A stretch of 64,000 nt of DNA, taken from Octopus bimaculoides (lineage: Eukaryota). Numbering within the stretch: position 1 is the stretch's first letter; each line of letters starts with the position of its first letter. The notes beneath the pieces are model-generated. The model had not been told where the DNA came from and did not search any database. It saw nothing but the letters and a program-made list of their open reading frames with translations. The stretch spans positions 69,805,073-69,869,072 of the forward strand of contig NC_068989.1 of NCBI RefSeq assembly GCF_001194135.2. The letters run 5' to 3'. Positions 37,637-50,411 of the stretch are shown here, in pieces. Made by a program: the position numbers and the translations under genes.

Positions 37637-40369
37637 ATGCATGTGTAGGTATATGTATGTGTATGTACGCCTATATATATGCATGTGTGCATCGGTGTGT
37701 GTCTATGTTTGTGTCTCCCTGTCTTGATATTGCATGATAGTTTCATTAAAGTGAGTATTCCTCGTTTCTAATCTTTTGTGAAAACTTGCCTGGCCATGGA
37801 GAAATTTTACCTTGCTTGGAAACAAGTGAGAGATGGTGACAACCAACCATAGAAAATCCCATGCAACCCTTACAAGGATAGGAAAAATGGACACTAAAAC
37901 CCTACTGCTGCTACTGTGTGTGTGTGTTTTTCTTTCTTTTTTTCTTTTTCTATCTTTGTAGGGTTTATTTTTATAAATTTAAGAACTTTGTTAGTTTTTT
38001 TATCATTTTTACCTGGCTGTAAGCTAAAATATATATATACTTTATAGATTTTCTTGTAAAAACATTTTGGTAATGACTTCAAAATATATTCGTTTTGTCT
38101 AAGTTTCTCTGCATTTATTTGAAGTTTTGCTTGTAAAAGATTTTCTGCAATTTTGATGGAAGCTTAGAACTAAAGTAGATTTCAATTAACCTAAGCAGAT
38201 CTGAGTGCTTTTTAAGATCTTCTGTTTTAGATCTCCTGTTCAGAGGAATGTATTAAGGAAGTCATAAAAAGAAGCCTAAAAGCCATGGTAAACATTTACT
38301 ATGGGTTAAAAGACTTGGCAGAAGTGTTTTGCTCTGAATCAGGAAGCAAGGTATAAAACTACCAATTAATGCAGTTCGTTTTCATGCTGTTATTTGACCG
38401 ACTAGAATTATCAACCAAATCCTCTCATCAAACTGCTTTGTAAGGGAAAAGCTTACTGGCTCACTTTCGAATTATAAATGTAGCAGATAACCCTAAATAC
38501 TGTTTCCATAATTTCAGTGTTCATGGGTAAAAATCAGCTTTGATTTCAAAGCTGACAAAAATAAAAGAACAATTTTACTACTCAGCTTACTCACATTATT
38601 TGGCAGAAAAAGGGACTAATAAAATACCTAACATACTTAAAATATATACTGGAGTTGATATGATTGACTAAACTTAAGGTGGAACCACAATGCAATGACT
38701 AAAATGAGTGAAAGAGTAATGTCATAAAAGTAAGCATATGTTAACTTCCAATAGAGCTGGTATTTTACCTGACAGCCAATAGTATAATAGTTAAATGTTA
38801 AAAATGATTCAATAAATAACTGGAATCGTTAAGATTCACGTGAAAGACTTCATTTAAAAAGACAGGATAATGATGGTTGAGTAGTTAAGACAATTTATAA
38901 AAGAAGCAACATTTGATTTTTAACTAAGAAATTTTTAATAATTTAAAAAATTGAATCTATGAAACATTTTTAAAGAAAACTATTCTCATCTTTTGTCTCC
39001 ATATAGTCAATTACAGAAATCAATAATAGTTTTTCTTTTATTCACGTAGATGAGTGCACAGTGAGGTAACACATAGCCAAACTTAATGAAGTATTAAGTG
39101 AATGAAAGTTCACTTGTTCTCACTAAGGTAATTCATCAGAATTTTAAAGCAGTTAAATAGTAGGTCCTTTAAAAATGATATAAAATGGAAGTTTTTCAAT
39201 TTATTACAGATACTAGAGTGTACATGTCATATGAGTAACTTTCAAAGTATACTTTTACCATAGTGAGTAATATCAGGAAACGTGGCATACTTATAATGAT
39301 TGTAATTCAACTTTATCATATTTCTTGACATTTATACAAAATGATGAAATGGATATTAATTTTCAAGAGAAAAACATTTATTACTTTGAAATGAAATTAA
39401 ATAAACTAAATTTCTCGTTTGTATATTTGCAATAAATATATGTTATTTTTCTAAACTTTAGCAACATAATCAGTCTATTCCATCGAAAAACCTGTTTCTG
39501 CAAAATTTGAATGCTTCCTATTACTCCTCATTTGCTCCTTCTTCCTCCTCATCTATGATTCTTTCTCTCTTACTCAGAGTGTGTGTGTGTGGGTGGGTGT
39601 AGATGGTATTCCTTTACTCATTGTCTGCCACCAAGGTCAGTATGTGTATTGATCCTGCATCTTTTATATTAGCTCTCTCAATATCTCTTTTTATTTTACT
39701 CTCTTTCTCTGTCTCACTCTATCTGATATAAAGGTATGGTGGAAAAAAATTCAGCCAACCAACCTACATTTATATCAGCTTTTATTATATAGAGATTACT
39801 ATCCACCAAATTAAACTAAATCAAGAAAAACGTTAGAGTCTGGTTATTCATAGACAAACTATTAGAACAGACAGAGAGAGAGAGAGATTCTAGGTATCAC
39901 AAATAGGAAATTTATATAGAAGTAAATTGTGTGTATAATGCTTGTCTTTTTACCTCCCCCACAATATTGATTTACTACTATTTCCAAATCTGCCACTGAG
40001 CATGAAGTATGACTGCAATTAATATCAATACTCTTTCTAGTGACATTCACAAAGTCGCTTGGTATTTGTGTGTACTATCCCCCCTTTTTTTTTATAGTTT
40101 GTATTCCATTTCCAGTTGAATTTCTGGCAAATTTAGTGAATAACTAGATAACTCTTTGTTTAAAGGTTATATCCTGTGTAGGTAAAGATTTCACATTTGT
40201 TACAAATCTGTTCTGTTTTAATTCTTGTTTAATTTTTCCTTTCTCAATATATTAGTTATTTTTAGCAGTTATTTTTAGCTGGATGTTTCAGTTCATAACA
40301 TTTAGCTTTCATTGGATATGTCACTTGGAATCAACATCTTTTGAAAAATTCAGATTCATTAACTTGAAT

Positions 40370-40770
40370 TTATAGCTCTTTCCACCCACACTGGTTGCTC
40401 CCACCTTCTCGTCTGTACTGTGAGTAGCCATGTAACTCCCCTGCAGCAAGAAACTTGTTCTCGTCTGGTCCCTTCCTTCATACTTTAAACTCTTGTCTCC
40501 CAGCAAAAAGCTGCCTCCCTCTCTACTGTAGTCCCCACTCAAACAAAGGGGATCTTAGTCTTGCAAGCTAGCTGGTGACTTCATGAAGGTTGGTGTCATG
40601 AAAAAATACTCAGGGTGTTAGGAAGGGCATCCAGTTGTAGAAATCATGCCAGTGCAAACTGTGAAGCATGACTCACTTTTGAACAGTTGGATCCTCTCAC
40701 ATTGCTCAACCCACACCAGCTTGAAAGATATACAGTAAATGTTGATGAGGATGATGTAGTAGTAGTAGTA
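40370..40770 (+). mobile_element. Short non-autonomous RTE-tailed element with a pyrimidine-rich, non-tRNA 5' part
   Basis: 5' part with gtgagtag.catgta.ctcc and gctgcctccctctctact; 3' part with ttaggaagggcatccag and a (GAT)n-like tail. Copies at about 43570-43820, 43880-44140 and 52140-52545. Confidence 0.6.
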
Positions 40771-41655
40771 GTTATATCATTATTATCATTAATAGAAAGG
40801 AAAATTTGATAGAATCTTGTCAGTGAACTTTTCTTGTACTTTGTGATTTTTTATAATTCTGAACCAAATTTTCCATAGAATAGCGCTTTCAACAATATAC
40901 ACATTTATACAGAGATGGTTAATGTTTCAAATACATCTTTTTTTTCCCTCTCTTGTATTGTTTATTACATTTGCAAAATAGTTCTTCCGCTATTGTTCTG
41001 TATGCATTTTATCATGTCTGTTTGCACAAATTGGGTGATTTTTGTTGAAGCAGTTAATTTCAGTTGAAACTCCTTCCCTCTGACCACTTGGCAAACCAAC
41101 TCTTTGCTTTCAGTTCCAGTAGACCACCAGTGCCTGACCTTTCCGAGCATGCATCACACTAATTGGCCACAGCTGGACACATTGTACCCTGTCCTCTTCT
41201 CCCATGTGTTGTCCTTGGTCATCGTCAACACTGACAGGCTAATTAATAATAGGAATAATACTTTCTACTAATGGTACAAAGCCTGAAAATTTGGAGGAGG
41301 GGACAAGTCAATTACATTGAACCCAGTGCATGACTGGTACTTATTTCATCAAATCCAAAAGTAATTTGAACTCAGAGCCTAAGGATGGACAACATGCTGC
41401 TAAGCATTTTGCCCAGTATGCTAAGGATTCTTCCAACTCACTGCCTTATTAATAATAATGATGATAATCCTTTCTACTAGAGGCACAAAGCCTGGAGGGG
41501 ACTAGTTGATTACATTAACTCCAGTGTTTCACAGGTACTCAATTTATCAACCCCCAAAAGGATGAAAGGCAAAGCCAAGCATTTTGCCTGGTGTGCTAAT
41601 GATTCTGCCATCTTACCACCTTAAACAATAATAATAGTAATATACACATGCATGT

Positions 41656-41696
<41 letters not shown>

Positions 41697-42484
41697 ATAT
41701 GAAATATGGGATGATCTCTGTGTGGGTGTCAGAGAGAGAAAGGAGAGATTTCTATGCAAAAAGCCCACTCATCTTCAACTGTGTGTTTGTGCATACTTTC
41801 TAAAACAAACTTCTTCAAATCCTTTGTGTGACTTTCCTGACAAATCTAAGTATGGCTATGCCAAAAAATTTGGTAGTCCTATGCTGCTTAGAGATGGTTT
41901 ATTTCTCTGGTATATTATGCTGTTCTGCATAATCATTTGGGATAGGGTTTGAAATAGGCCTTTTTTTTCCTTTTTTTTTTTTTTTTTTGTGGTTGTAGAT
42001 CATAGCATGTTGTAAATTTTTACCATCCAACCAGTTACCTATAAAGATTACTGTAATCAGCGAAGGAAATATCTTTCTGTGTGACACATTCTATTTACAG
42101 TTGCATTCAGCCAGAGTATAACATTCATTCATCTTCTGATCACATAACTCGGAGCTGTATATTCAACTAATCTATCTTGCTTCACTGTTGTTTGTTTTGT
42201 TTTTCTTTTTTTTTTGTCTTGGCTGCAGAGAATAAGTAATTTTCTACATTTCTAATAAATACCCAGTTACTGTTCCTTCTTTATTGCTTAGATTAGTGAC
42301 TTTCAGTTCTTTTGTGAGATAAATAGATAGATAGATAGATAGATGGATAGATAGATAGATAGGTGTATATTAATACATGTACACATAGATTTATGTGCAT
42401 AGATTTAGTTGTGTGTGTATAATAAATAAATATATAAATATATATATGTGTGTATATATATATATATATGTGTGTGTGTGTATG

Positions 42485-42516
<32 letters not shown>

Positions 42517-44141
42517 CGCATGTGTGTATGTATGTATGTATAGGTATAATCTACCTAGAAGGAAATCTCTGAAATAAAACCTGAGGCCTTGGAAGTTCCT
42601 GGTTTTGTCAATTTCCATGTTACACCGGTGAAAGTCTTCTTGGGCCAGTAGGTGGGGTAGTGCAGTGCAAGCTACAGCCACTGAAAATTATTGATCTGCA
42701 CAGGTACTTCCTGTTCACCAAATCTTAGTAAAATCATTGAATTGGTTGGTTGGAAGAAACCTAAACTTACCACCATATGTTTGTGTGTGTGTGTATATGT
42801 ATGTATGTAGATATATATTTATTTTTATGTGTTTCGATGTAGATGTATGTATATACATATGTGTGTGTATATTATATAGACAGATTTGTGGATAGTTCTG
42901 GAGATGTGTAGGTTATTTTTATCATTATTAATGCTGGCCAATGCATTGCAATACATTCAATTCAATTCAGCTAATCTGATCAGTTGTTTATGTGGTGCTA
43001 CCAGTTTATTTCTACCTTTAAACATCTTCAAGACTGCTTTAATCATTTCTTATTTAAGAGTACATATTTAGATTTTGATTATAGTTTACAACACTAAGCC
43101 AGTCTTCATTGATTGTCCACAGATTAATACTGTCAAATTTATTAGTAACTCTTTTTTTGTTTTTTCAATCTCAAGTTAATTGGTTTGAAACAAGTTTAAA
43201 AAGTATAGTTCAGATTATTTCTGAAAACTAAGAAAGAAAATAACAATTTAATTGGAACCATCGCTTAATTTGTTTCATTGCTAAAGGGAGTGGGGGTATA
43301 GATTTCACTTCTGTTTATGGAATAAAATCATTAACATTTTCTATTTTTATATTTCCATATTTGTTACATCTTTATATTTTGCTCAAAATTGAAATTTTAT
43401 AGGAAATAACTGTTGTAGTTTGCTTGAAGCGTTGCAGAATATGTTGAAACTAAGTGAGTTATAGAAAGAAGGTGATAGCGATGCAGATAGAATATTAAAT
43501 TTGGAGCTATGCTGATAGATTTTTTTTTTTTTAGAGTAAAGAATCTCTGTCTGTCTCAAATGTATAGTGTTTCCTCATCTCTCTCCCTCCCTCGATACTG
43601 TTCCCTCCCACAGTTGAAGGGTCTTGTCTTGTAAATTATTTGGTGACCACAAGGCTGCTGGTACCATGCTCTAAAGTGGTTAGCATTAGGAAGGGTATCC
43701 AGAAAAACTATGCCAAAGAAGACAGTGGAGCTTGGCAAAGTCTTCTGGCTTGCCAGTTCCTGTGAAACTAATTTATGCCTGCATGGAAAATGGACATAAT
43801 GATTATAATGATGATGATGATATTAAGAATTAAATATTTATAACGTCTAATTTGAAATCTAAAAAGAAAATAGGAAGCCACACTCCCTTTAAAGCTGCCT
43901 CCCTCTCTACTATGACCTCAGTCCGATGAAGGGAGTCTTAGCAATGCAAGCTGCATGACAACCTCGCTAGTGCTGATGACACAAATAAAAGGCACCTAGT
44001 GTATGTTGTGAAGTGGCTGGGGTTAAGAACAACATGCAGCTGTTGAAACAATGCCATAGTAAGCATTAAAACCAGACACAGTTTCCAACCCATGGGATCT
44101 TGTCATACCATCCAACTCATGTCAGCATGGAAGAAGAACAT

Positions 44142-44365
44142 TTAACCCTTTAGCATTTAAACTGGTCATACCCAGCCCAAATATTCTACCTGTTTTATTT
44201 TCAAACTGGCCAAATTCAACCTTTCACACCAACCCTACAATGTCATTCTAAAAATAATCACACCATCAAAATCACAAAGCTATAAGATAATGCATGATTC
44301 ATTTAAATCAATGTGAATCAATAAGCATTACAGTCAACAGAGTAATCTGTTTGCTAAAATGTTAA
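44142..44365. mobile_element. MITE family P1 copy
   Basis: TTAAccctttagcatttaaac start and gctaaaatgTTAA end; collinear with the 9723 copy. Confidence 0.72.
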
Positions 44366-44722
44366 AGATGGCGGTGGCAGCTGCTGGTCCAAAGTTGTAT
44401 TATTGTTCATGACATTAGGGATGAACATATTTGCCTATCTACCTTTAACTAACTTTGCAATTTGTCAATCACATGATTATGTGCAGTCAGGCTTCTTCTC
44501 TTAAAGTCTAACAAAGCCAATATGTCAAACCTTAATTGGATGTATCTGTACTGAGTTAGGAAGCCTGTCTCTGAAGTGACTGACAAACCACTTGTAAAGC
44601 AGGGATGTTGTGGAGATACAAAGTTCAGGCAGAAAGCGGAGAGACATTTTTACTCAATCTGAAAGAGAAAGGAATACAAAGCTTCATGTCTTGTAATTGA
44701 TAACAAGATTGTCCAGCAAACT

Positions 44723-45560
44723 TTAACTCTTTTGTTACCATATTTCTGTTGCAATGCACCCTCTTTGTTTTGATTAATTTTGAAAATAATGAAGAATTTA
44801 GTAAAATAATTTGATATTGTTGAGCTGCTGTTTTAGGTGGCAAGCTGAAAGTGCATTGGAAAAAAATCTAAGCAGCATTTCTTCTGGATCTAAATATTCT
44901 GACCTCAAATTCTGCTGAGGTCAACTTTGCCTTCCATTCTTTTGTGGTCAATAAAATGAATACCAGTCAAGTACTAGGGTTTGATGTAATTAACGTTCCT
45001 GTCTCCTCAAAATTGCTGGCCTTGTGCCACAATTAGAAAGAATTATTAAGCTGCTGTTTGGAACATAATTAACATGAATTTTTGATGGAATGTTTTAATT
45101 TAGATCACTTTAAAACAGGGAATTTGTGTCACAGAATCTTGGGCAGCCTCAGGTTGGTTGATATCAAAAGAGTTAATCCTTTTTTTGTTACCATACTTCT
45201 GTTGAAATATACTGGCTTTGTTTTAATTAATTTTTAAAACAATGAAGAATTTATTAAATAACTCTGTGATGTCAAGCTGGTGTTTGGAACATCACATGAA
45301 ATTTTGATGAATGTTTTAATTTAGATCATTTTAAAACGGAAAATTCATATCATAGAACCAGGGACGGCTTCAAATGGAATGGTATCAAGAGATTTAATAC
45401 TTTTGTTGCCATGCTTCTGTTGAAATATACTGACTTTTTATTTTAATTTTTAAAACAAAATAATTATCATTATTAAGCTTGGTGTTTGAAGCTTAAATTA
45501 ACATGAAAGTTTGGAAGGTATTAATTTAGATCATTTTAAACAAGAACTTTTTGTCATAAG
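44723..45560. mobile_element. Head-to-tail array of three P2 MITEs; the first carries a SINE insertion and the third is cut by the RTE LINE
   Basis: Three repeats of ttttgtt(a/g)ccat..ttctgttg.aat. Junctions fall at TTAA (about 45174 and 45394). Confidence 0.75.
44834..45041 (+). mobile_element. SINE family M inserted in a P2 MITE with an 18-bp target-site duplication
   Basis: Flanked by attgttgagctgctgttt (44816-44833) and attattaagctgctgttt (45042-45059). Confidence 0.8.
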
Positions 45561-46830
45561 CAATATCAAAGGAAGGCTAACTGGGAAGATGGTTTCCATG
45601 GGTGGCAAATGCTCAGGAGCAATAAACACTGAAAATGTGCAGAGAACAGATTCCGTCACATTCCAGGGGGAAAAACTACAAGTGGTTGACAGCTTCCGCG
45701 ACCTAAGTGACCAAGTCAGTAGCGGGGGTGGATGCTTTGAAAGTGTAGCTGCTAGAATAAGAATAGCCTGGGCAAAGTTCAGAGAGTTCCTACCTCTGCT
45801 GGTGACAAAGGGCCTCTCACTCAGAATGAAAGATAGACTGTATGACGCATGTGTGCAAACAGCCATGCTACATGGCAGTGGAACATGGACCATGACTGCT
45901 GAGGACATGCGTAAGCTTGCAAGGAATGAAGCCAGTATGCTCCACTGGATGTGTAATGTCAGTGTGCATACATGACAGAGTGTAAGCGCCCTGAGAGAAA
46001 AGTTGAACTTAAGAAGCATTAGATGTGGTGTGCAAGAGAGACGACTGTGCTGGTAAGGTCATGTGGTGAGAATGGATGAGGACAGCTGTGTGGAAAAGGT
46101 AGACCCAGGAAGACCTGGGATGAGGTGGTGAAACACAACCTTCAAACATTCGGCCTCACTGAGGCAATGACAAGTGACCGGGACCTTTGGAGATACGCTG
46201 TGATTGAGAAGACCTGACAGGCCAAGTGAGACCATAACCATGGCTTATGCCAGTGCTGCATAACCAGTTCATCTAAGAGTACCCTTCAATCATTGGATAA
46301 TAAACTACATTTGTGAAACCCTGTTGAGGCAAGTGAAATCATTGTTGCAGAAGATGACAATACTGCCTGATTGGCACCTGTGCCAATGGAACGTTAAAAG
46401 CACCATTCGAGCGTGATCGTTGCTAAGGCTGCTGACTGGCTCCCATGCCGGTGGCACATAAAAAGACCATTCAAGCGTGATTGTTGCCAGCATCGCCTGG
46501 CTGGCTCCTGTGCAAGTGGAACGTAAAAAACACCATTTGAGCATGGTCATTGCCAGTGCTGTTGGACTGGCTCCTGTGCAGGTGGCACATAAAAAGCACC
46601 ATTTGAGCATGATCAATGCCAGTACCACTTGACCGGCCCTCATACTGGTGGCACCTAAAAGCACCCACTACACTCTCAGAGTGGTTGGCGTTAGGAAGGG
46701 CATCCAGCTGTAGAAACTTTGCCAAATCAGATTGGAGCCTGGTGCAGCCTTCTGGCTTGCCAGCCCTCAGTCAAACTGTGTAATCCATGCCAGCATGGAA
46801 AGCGGACATTAAATGGCGATGATGATGATT
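45560..46830 (+). mobile_element. 5'-truncated RTE-clade LINE (post-RT C-terminal region, 3' UTR, (GAT)n tail), degenerate
   Basis: ORF 45511-45975 reads ...EKLQVVDSFRDLSDQVSSGGGC..SVAARIRIAWAKFRE..PLL..KGLSLR.K.RLYDACV.TAMLHGS.TW, with stops further on. The 3' UTR has about 4.5 copies of a ~65-bp unit (46370-46670). Ends ...gcggacattaaatggcgatgatgatgat. Confidence 0.9.
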
Positions 46831-47372
46831 ATAATGATATAAAAGTGGGTTTCGTTTTTAATTTGAAAAGTTGTAAAGAAAATAGAGGGATAGGAACTGC
46901 ACTTTCACTCCCATAGTACAAGCAATGATTCAATAATTTGATAACTAATATGAGTCTTTGTTGCATTGTCGATATAAGGAATTGTAATGTGATGATAGAA
47001 GACAGAAATACAAGTTCCCAGTAATTGTAAATTAGGGCATTTGATGGAAGGGTGCCTTCCTTTCTTCTTAAAATGTAGCAGAACAACTTGCTTGGAAATA
47101 TCTTTTGAATTACTATTATTCTGCTCCAGAGGAACATATAAAATTCATTAATTCTCTCTTTATGTTGCAGATCAATCTCGTGTTAAATGTAGAGATATGA
47201 CAGTCTTTCATTTCAATCATCAAACCTTGATTGTAGTTAATTAGATATGAGATATTCAGTTGTCTTTTCATCTGCCACATATTTGCTTTATAAGTCTTCT
47301 AAATTACTGATTTTTAACTAAATTTTAAAGGCTGACTGCCATTTATCATTTGCCACTCTTTAAGCAAAAGGT

Positions 47373-47598
47373 TTAAACCTTTTGATACCAACTTGCCTGA
47401 AACTGATTTGGTTCTCTGATACAGACTACCAGCTATGATATAGATGTTAACCTTTCATCAAAATTCTATGCCATTTTATATTCCAAACACCAGATTGTTA
47501 CTGATAATGTTTTTGTTTTTTTACTAAATTCTTCGTTAATTTAAAAATTGACACAATGGCAACATATTTCATTAGAAATATGCCTATGAAAGGGTTAA
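47373..47598. mobile_element. MITE family P2 copy
   Basis: TTAAaccttttgatacc start and atgaaagggTTAA end. Confidence 0.7.
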
Positions 47599-48919
47599 TT
47601 ATCTATAATTAACTTTTACAATAATATTTACGATTATCTGATGTCCAAGTAATGTAAAATATCCTGTTGTTATTGTGCAAATTTTTTCTTTTATTTTTTG
47701 TGTTAATCATTAATTATAGCATTCAGAAAAAAAAAGTGAACTGAACTAGTAATCATTTTAGGATCTCTCTCTTTGCATACTCATAAAAAAATAAACATAG
47801 CCTAATATAATATTTGGCAGGAAGCTGGTAAAATCATTAGTATGTTGGGCAAAATGCTTAGCAGTATTTTATCCATCCTTACAATCTGAGTTCAAATACT
47901 GCCACAGCCAACTTTGTATTTCATCCTCTTGGGGTGATAAATAAGTACTAGTTGAGTACAGTGGTTGATGTAATTAACTTAGGTACACCTGGGCAAGAGT
48001 ATGAAAACTGCACCCCTCTGCCAAGCCATATCAAGTCAGTGTGGCAGTTAGGTTCATCAAACCAGAATGACGTCTGGCTCAAATTCACAGCCTCCACATC
48101 AGACCATGGTTGTTGGGGAGAAGATGCAGAGACCTTTGTCCTACAGTAGACTGAACATAGGCAATTTAGTCCAATACATTATATATATATATATATATAT
48201 ATATNNNNNNNNNNNNNNNNNNNNNNNNNNNNNNNNNNNNNNNNNNNNNNNNNNNNNNNNNNNNNNNNNNNNNNNNNNNNNNNNNNNNNNNNNNNNNNNN
48301 NNNNNNNNNNNNNNNNNNNNNNNNNNNNNNNNNNNNNNNNNNNNNNNNNNNNNNNNNNNNNNNNNNNNNNNNNNNNNNNNNNNNNNNNNNNNNNNNNNNN
48401 NNNNNNNNNNNNNNNNNNNNNNNNNNNNNNNNNNNNNNNNNNNNNNNNNNNNNNNNNNNNNNNNNNNNNNNNNNNNNTATTTATATATATATATTCACAG
48501 TAATGCCTCAATATATGAGTTAATTTGTTCCCAGTAAGTGAAAACTTACAAAGCAGAGCAATAATTTCCCATAGTAGCAATGTTATAAATCGTAGTCCAT
48601 TCCCAGAAAAATATTTTACCTATAAAATTTATAATACTCATAAATAAATGGCAATAAAATAAGAGTAGAATGTAAAGAATATTTTATGTAAAGTGAAGTT
48701 AATGTCAAGATCATTTCTGATAAAAAAATATTATTACTGTTTTCTGAATCACACTAGACTCGTGCACACCATCACTTGAAGACGCAATTACCGATTCACA
48801 AGCCTAGAGTTGTTTGCTTAGAAGAAGCTATTTTTCACATTCTATAAATTTCTCAGTAGCACACAGAAGCATTTGTTATGGTAGTAGAAACTTTTGCACT
48901 TCGTTCAAAATTAATATTT

Positions 48920-48986
48920 ATTATAAAATAAAACTCGTAAACCTTGGGTCTCATAAAGTGGGTCCTTGTAAAGTGAGGTATTACTG
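48920..48986 (-). mobile_element. Solo Tigger/pogo-like terminus
   Basis: Reverse complement reads TA-cagtaatacctcactttacaaggacccac. No partner TIR found. Confidence 0.4.
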
Positions 48987-49320
48987 TATATAACTTTTGC
49001 TACTAAGCATTTCACCTGGCACGCTAACGATTCTGCCAGGTACCTGTATTAGGCTATGTTTATTTTTTATGAGTATGTAAAGACAGAGATCTTAAAATGA
49101 TTATTATTAGTTTAGTTTGCTTTTTTTCTGGAAGCTATAATTAATGTTTAACACAAAAAAAGAAAAGAAAAAATTCCCACAATAACAACAGGATATATTA
49201 CATTAGTTACTTGGATATCAGACAATCATAAATATTATTGCAAAAGTTAATGTGGAGTTAATGGGGGTGGTTGTTTTGTGAAAACATATTGCAAAGAAAA
49301 TCAACTTTAAAAAACATATA

Positions 49321-50411
49321 TAGGGTGCAATGAATAAATTATCTGAATTACTCAAAAATGAAAATAACATTAACATCTCATTTTAACAGATATACAATAA
49401 TCCCTTGACTATTGCTGGTGTTATGTTCCAAAAACCCCTGCGATAGGTGAAAATCCACAAAGTAGAAATAGTTCTGTATTATATATTTTTTAAAGTTATT
49501 TTTATAATTTGTATGTATTTATTTTTTCATAAATGCAAAACAACACCACAGAGAAATGAATGTAAGCTTAAATAATAAACCATGATAGGTGAACTGCGAT
49601 ATGGCAAGGGATTACTGTATTTATCAAAATTACATAAAAGTATCTTAAAATACTAACAAGTAAATTTATTCAATAAAATCATAATTGGCTTCAACCATGG
49701 CCTCCAGACAACTTCAGAATCTCCTGCAACTCTTCTGGCTGGTCTCCTTCTTTAAGTTGGTGAATGCTGCCATAATCCTTGCCTTCACTTAATTATTAGG
49801 TGTTACGAGGAGTTTTATTGGTCTCTCACTCAACTGCATCCCACACATAATAATCAAGGGGGTTACAGTTTGGGGAGTTAGGTGGCTGGATGTTTGGGGT
49901 GATGTGGTTGCAGAAATTGTCTGACAGCCATGACTGGGTTCTCCTGCTTGTGTGGTATGGTGCAGAGTCCTATTGCCAGACATTCGGTTGTCCAGCAGCC
50001 AGCCTTTTGACCCAGAGCAGCACTACCTTCTCCGGGCACTTGATGTAGGCCTTTGTGTTGAGTCAGAGGTCGTTTTGGAAGATGAATAGAGGCGTAATGT
50101 AACCATCGCTAGTGATCACTCTAAACACCATGATGTTGACTGAATATTTGATTTTTATCACTCTCGGTACATGTCCTCAGATTGACACCCAAACACTCTG
50201 AAATGTTTGTATTGGAGCTTCCAGTATGAATGGCAAGCAGTACAGCAAGTTGTTTTGAAATTTCTGGCAGAGTGAATTGTGTCGTGGTGCTTTTTTCTCA
50301 CAGACAGTGTCCAACTAACTTTATTATATTGTGTAGTCGATGAAATCAAAAACAAACAGTGCACGAAATTAAAAAAATATAAAACGGTGACAATTTACCC
50401 ATCACACCCTG
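49321..50411 (-). mobile_element. Internally deleted Tc1/mariner element of the DD37D (maT/Bmmar1-type) group
   Basis: Imperfect TIRs (tagggtgcaatgaataaattatc versus reverse complement cagggtgtgatgggtaaattgtc) with TA on both sides. Minus frame WQ*DSAPYHTSRRTQSWLSDNFCNHITPNIQPPNSPNCNPLDYYVW has 37 residues between the two D residues. At about 0.87 kb without its insert, it is too short for a full transposase. Confidence 0.85.
49395..49617. mobile_element. 223-bp Tigger/pogo-like MITE nested in the maT element
   Basis: TIRs caataatcccttgac / ggcaagggattactg with TA duplication (49393-49394, 49618-49619). Confidence 0.75.

Noticed and set aside
39051-39066. Strong acceptor followed by a 16-nt segment and GTAAC
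   Set aside because: Not frame preserving and contains an in-frame TGA in phase 0; no other support.
46370-46670. Regularly spaced repeats resembling a CRISPR array
   Set aside because: Whole units are homologous with no unique spacers; they are RTE 3' UTR tandem repeats in a eukaryote.
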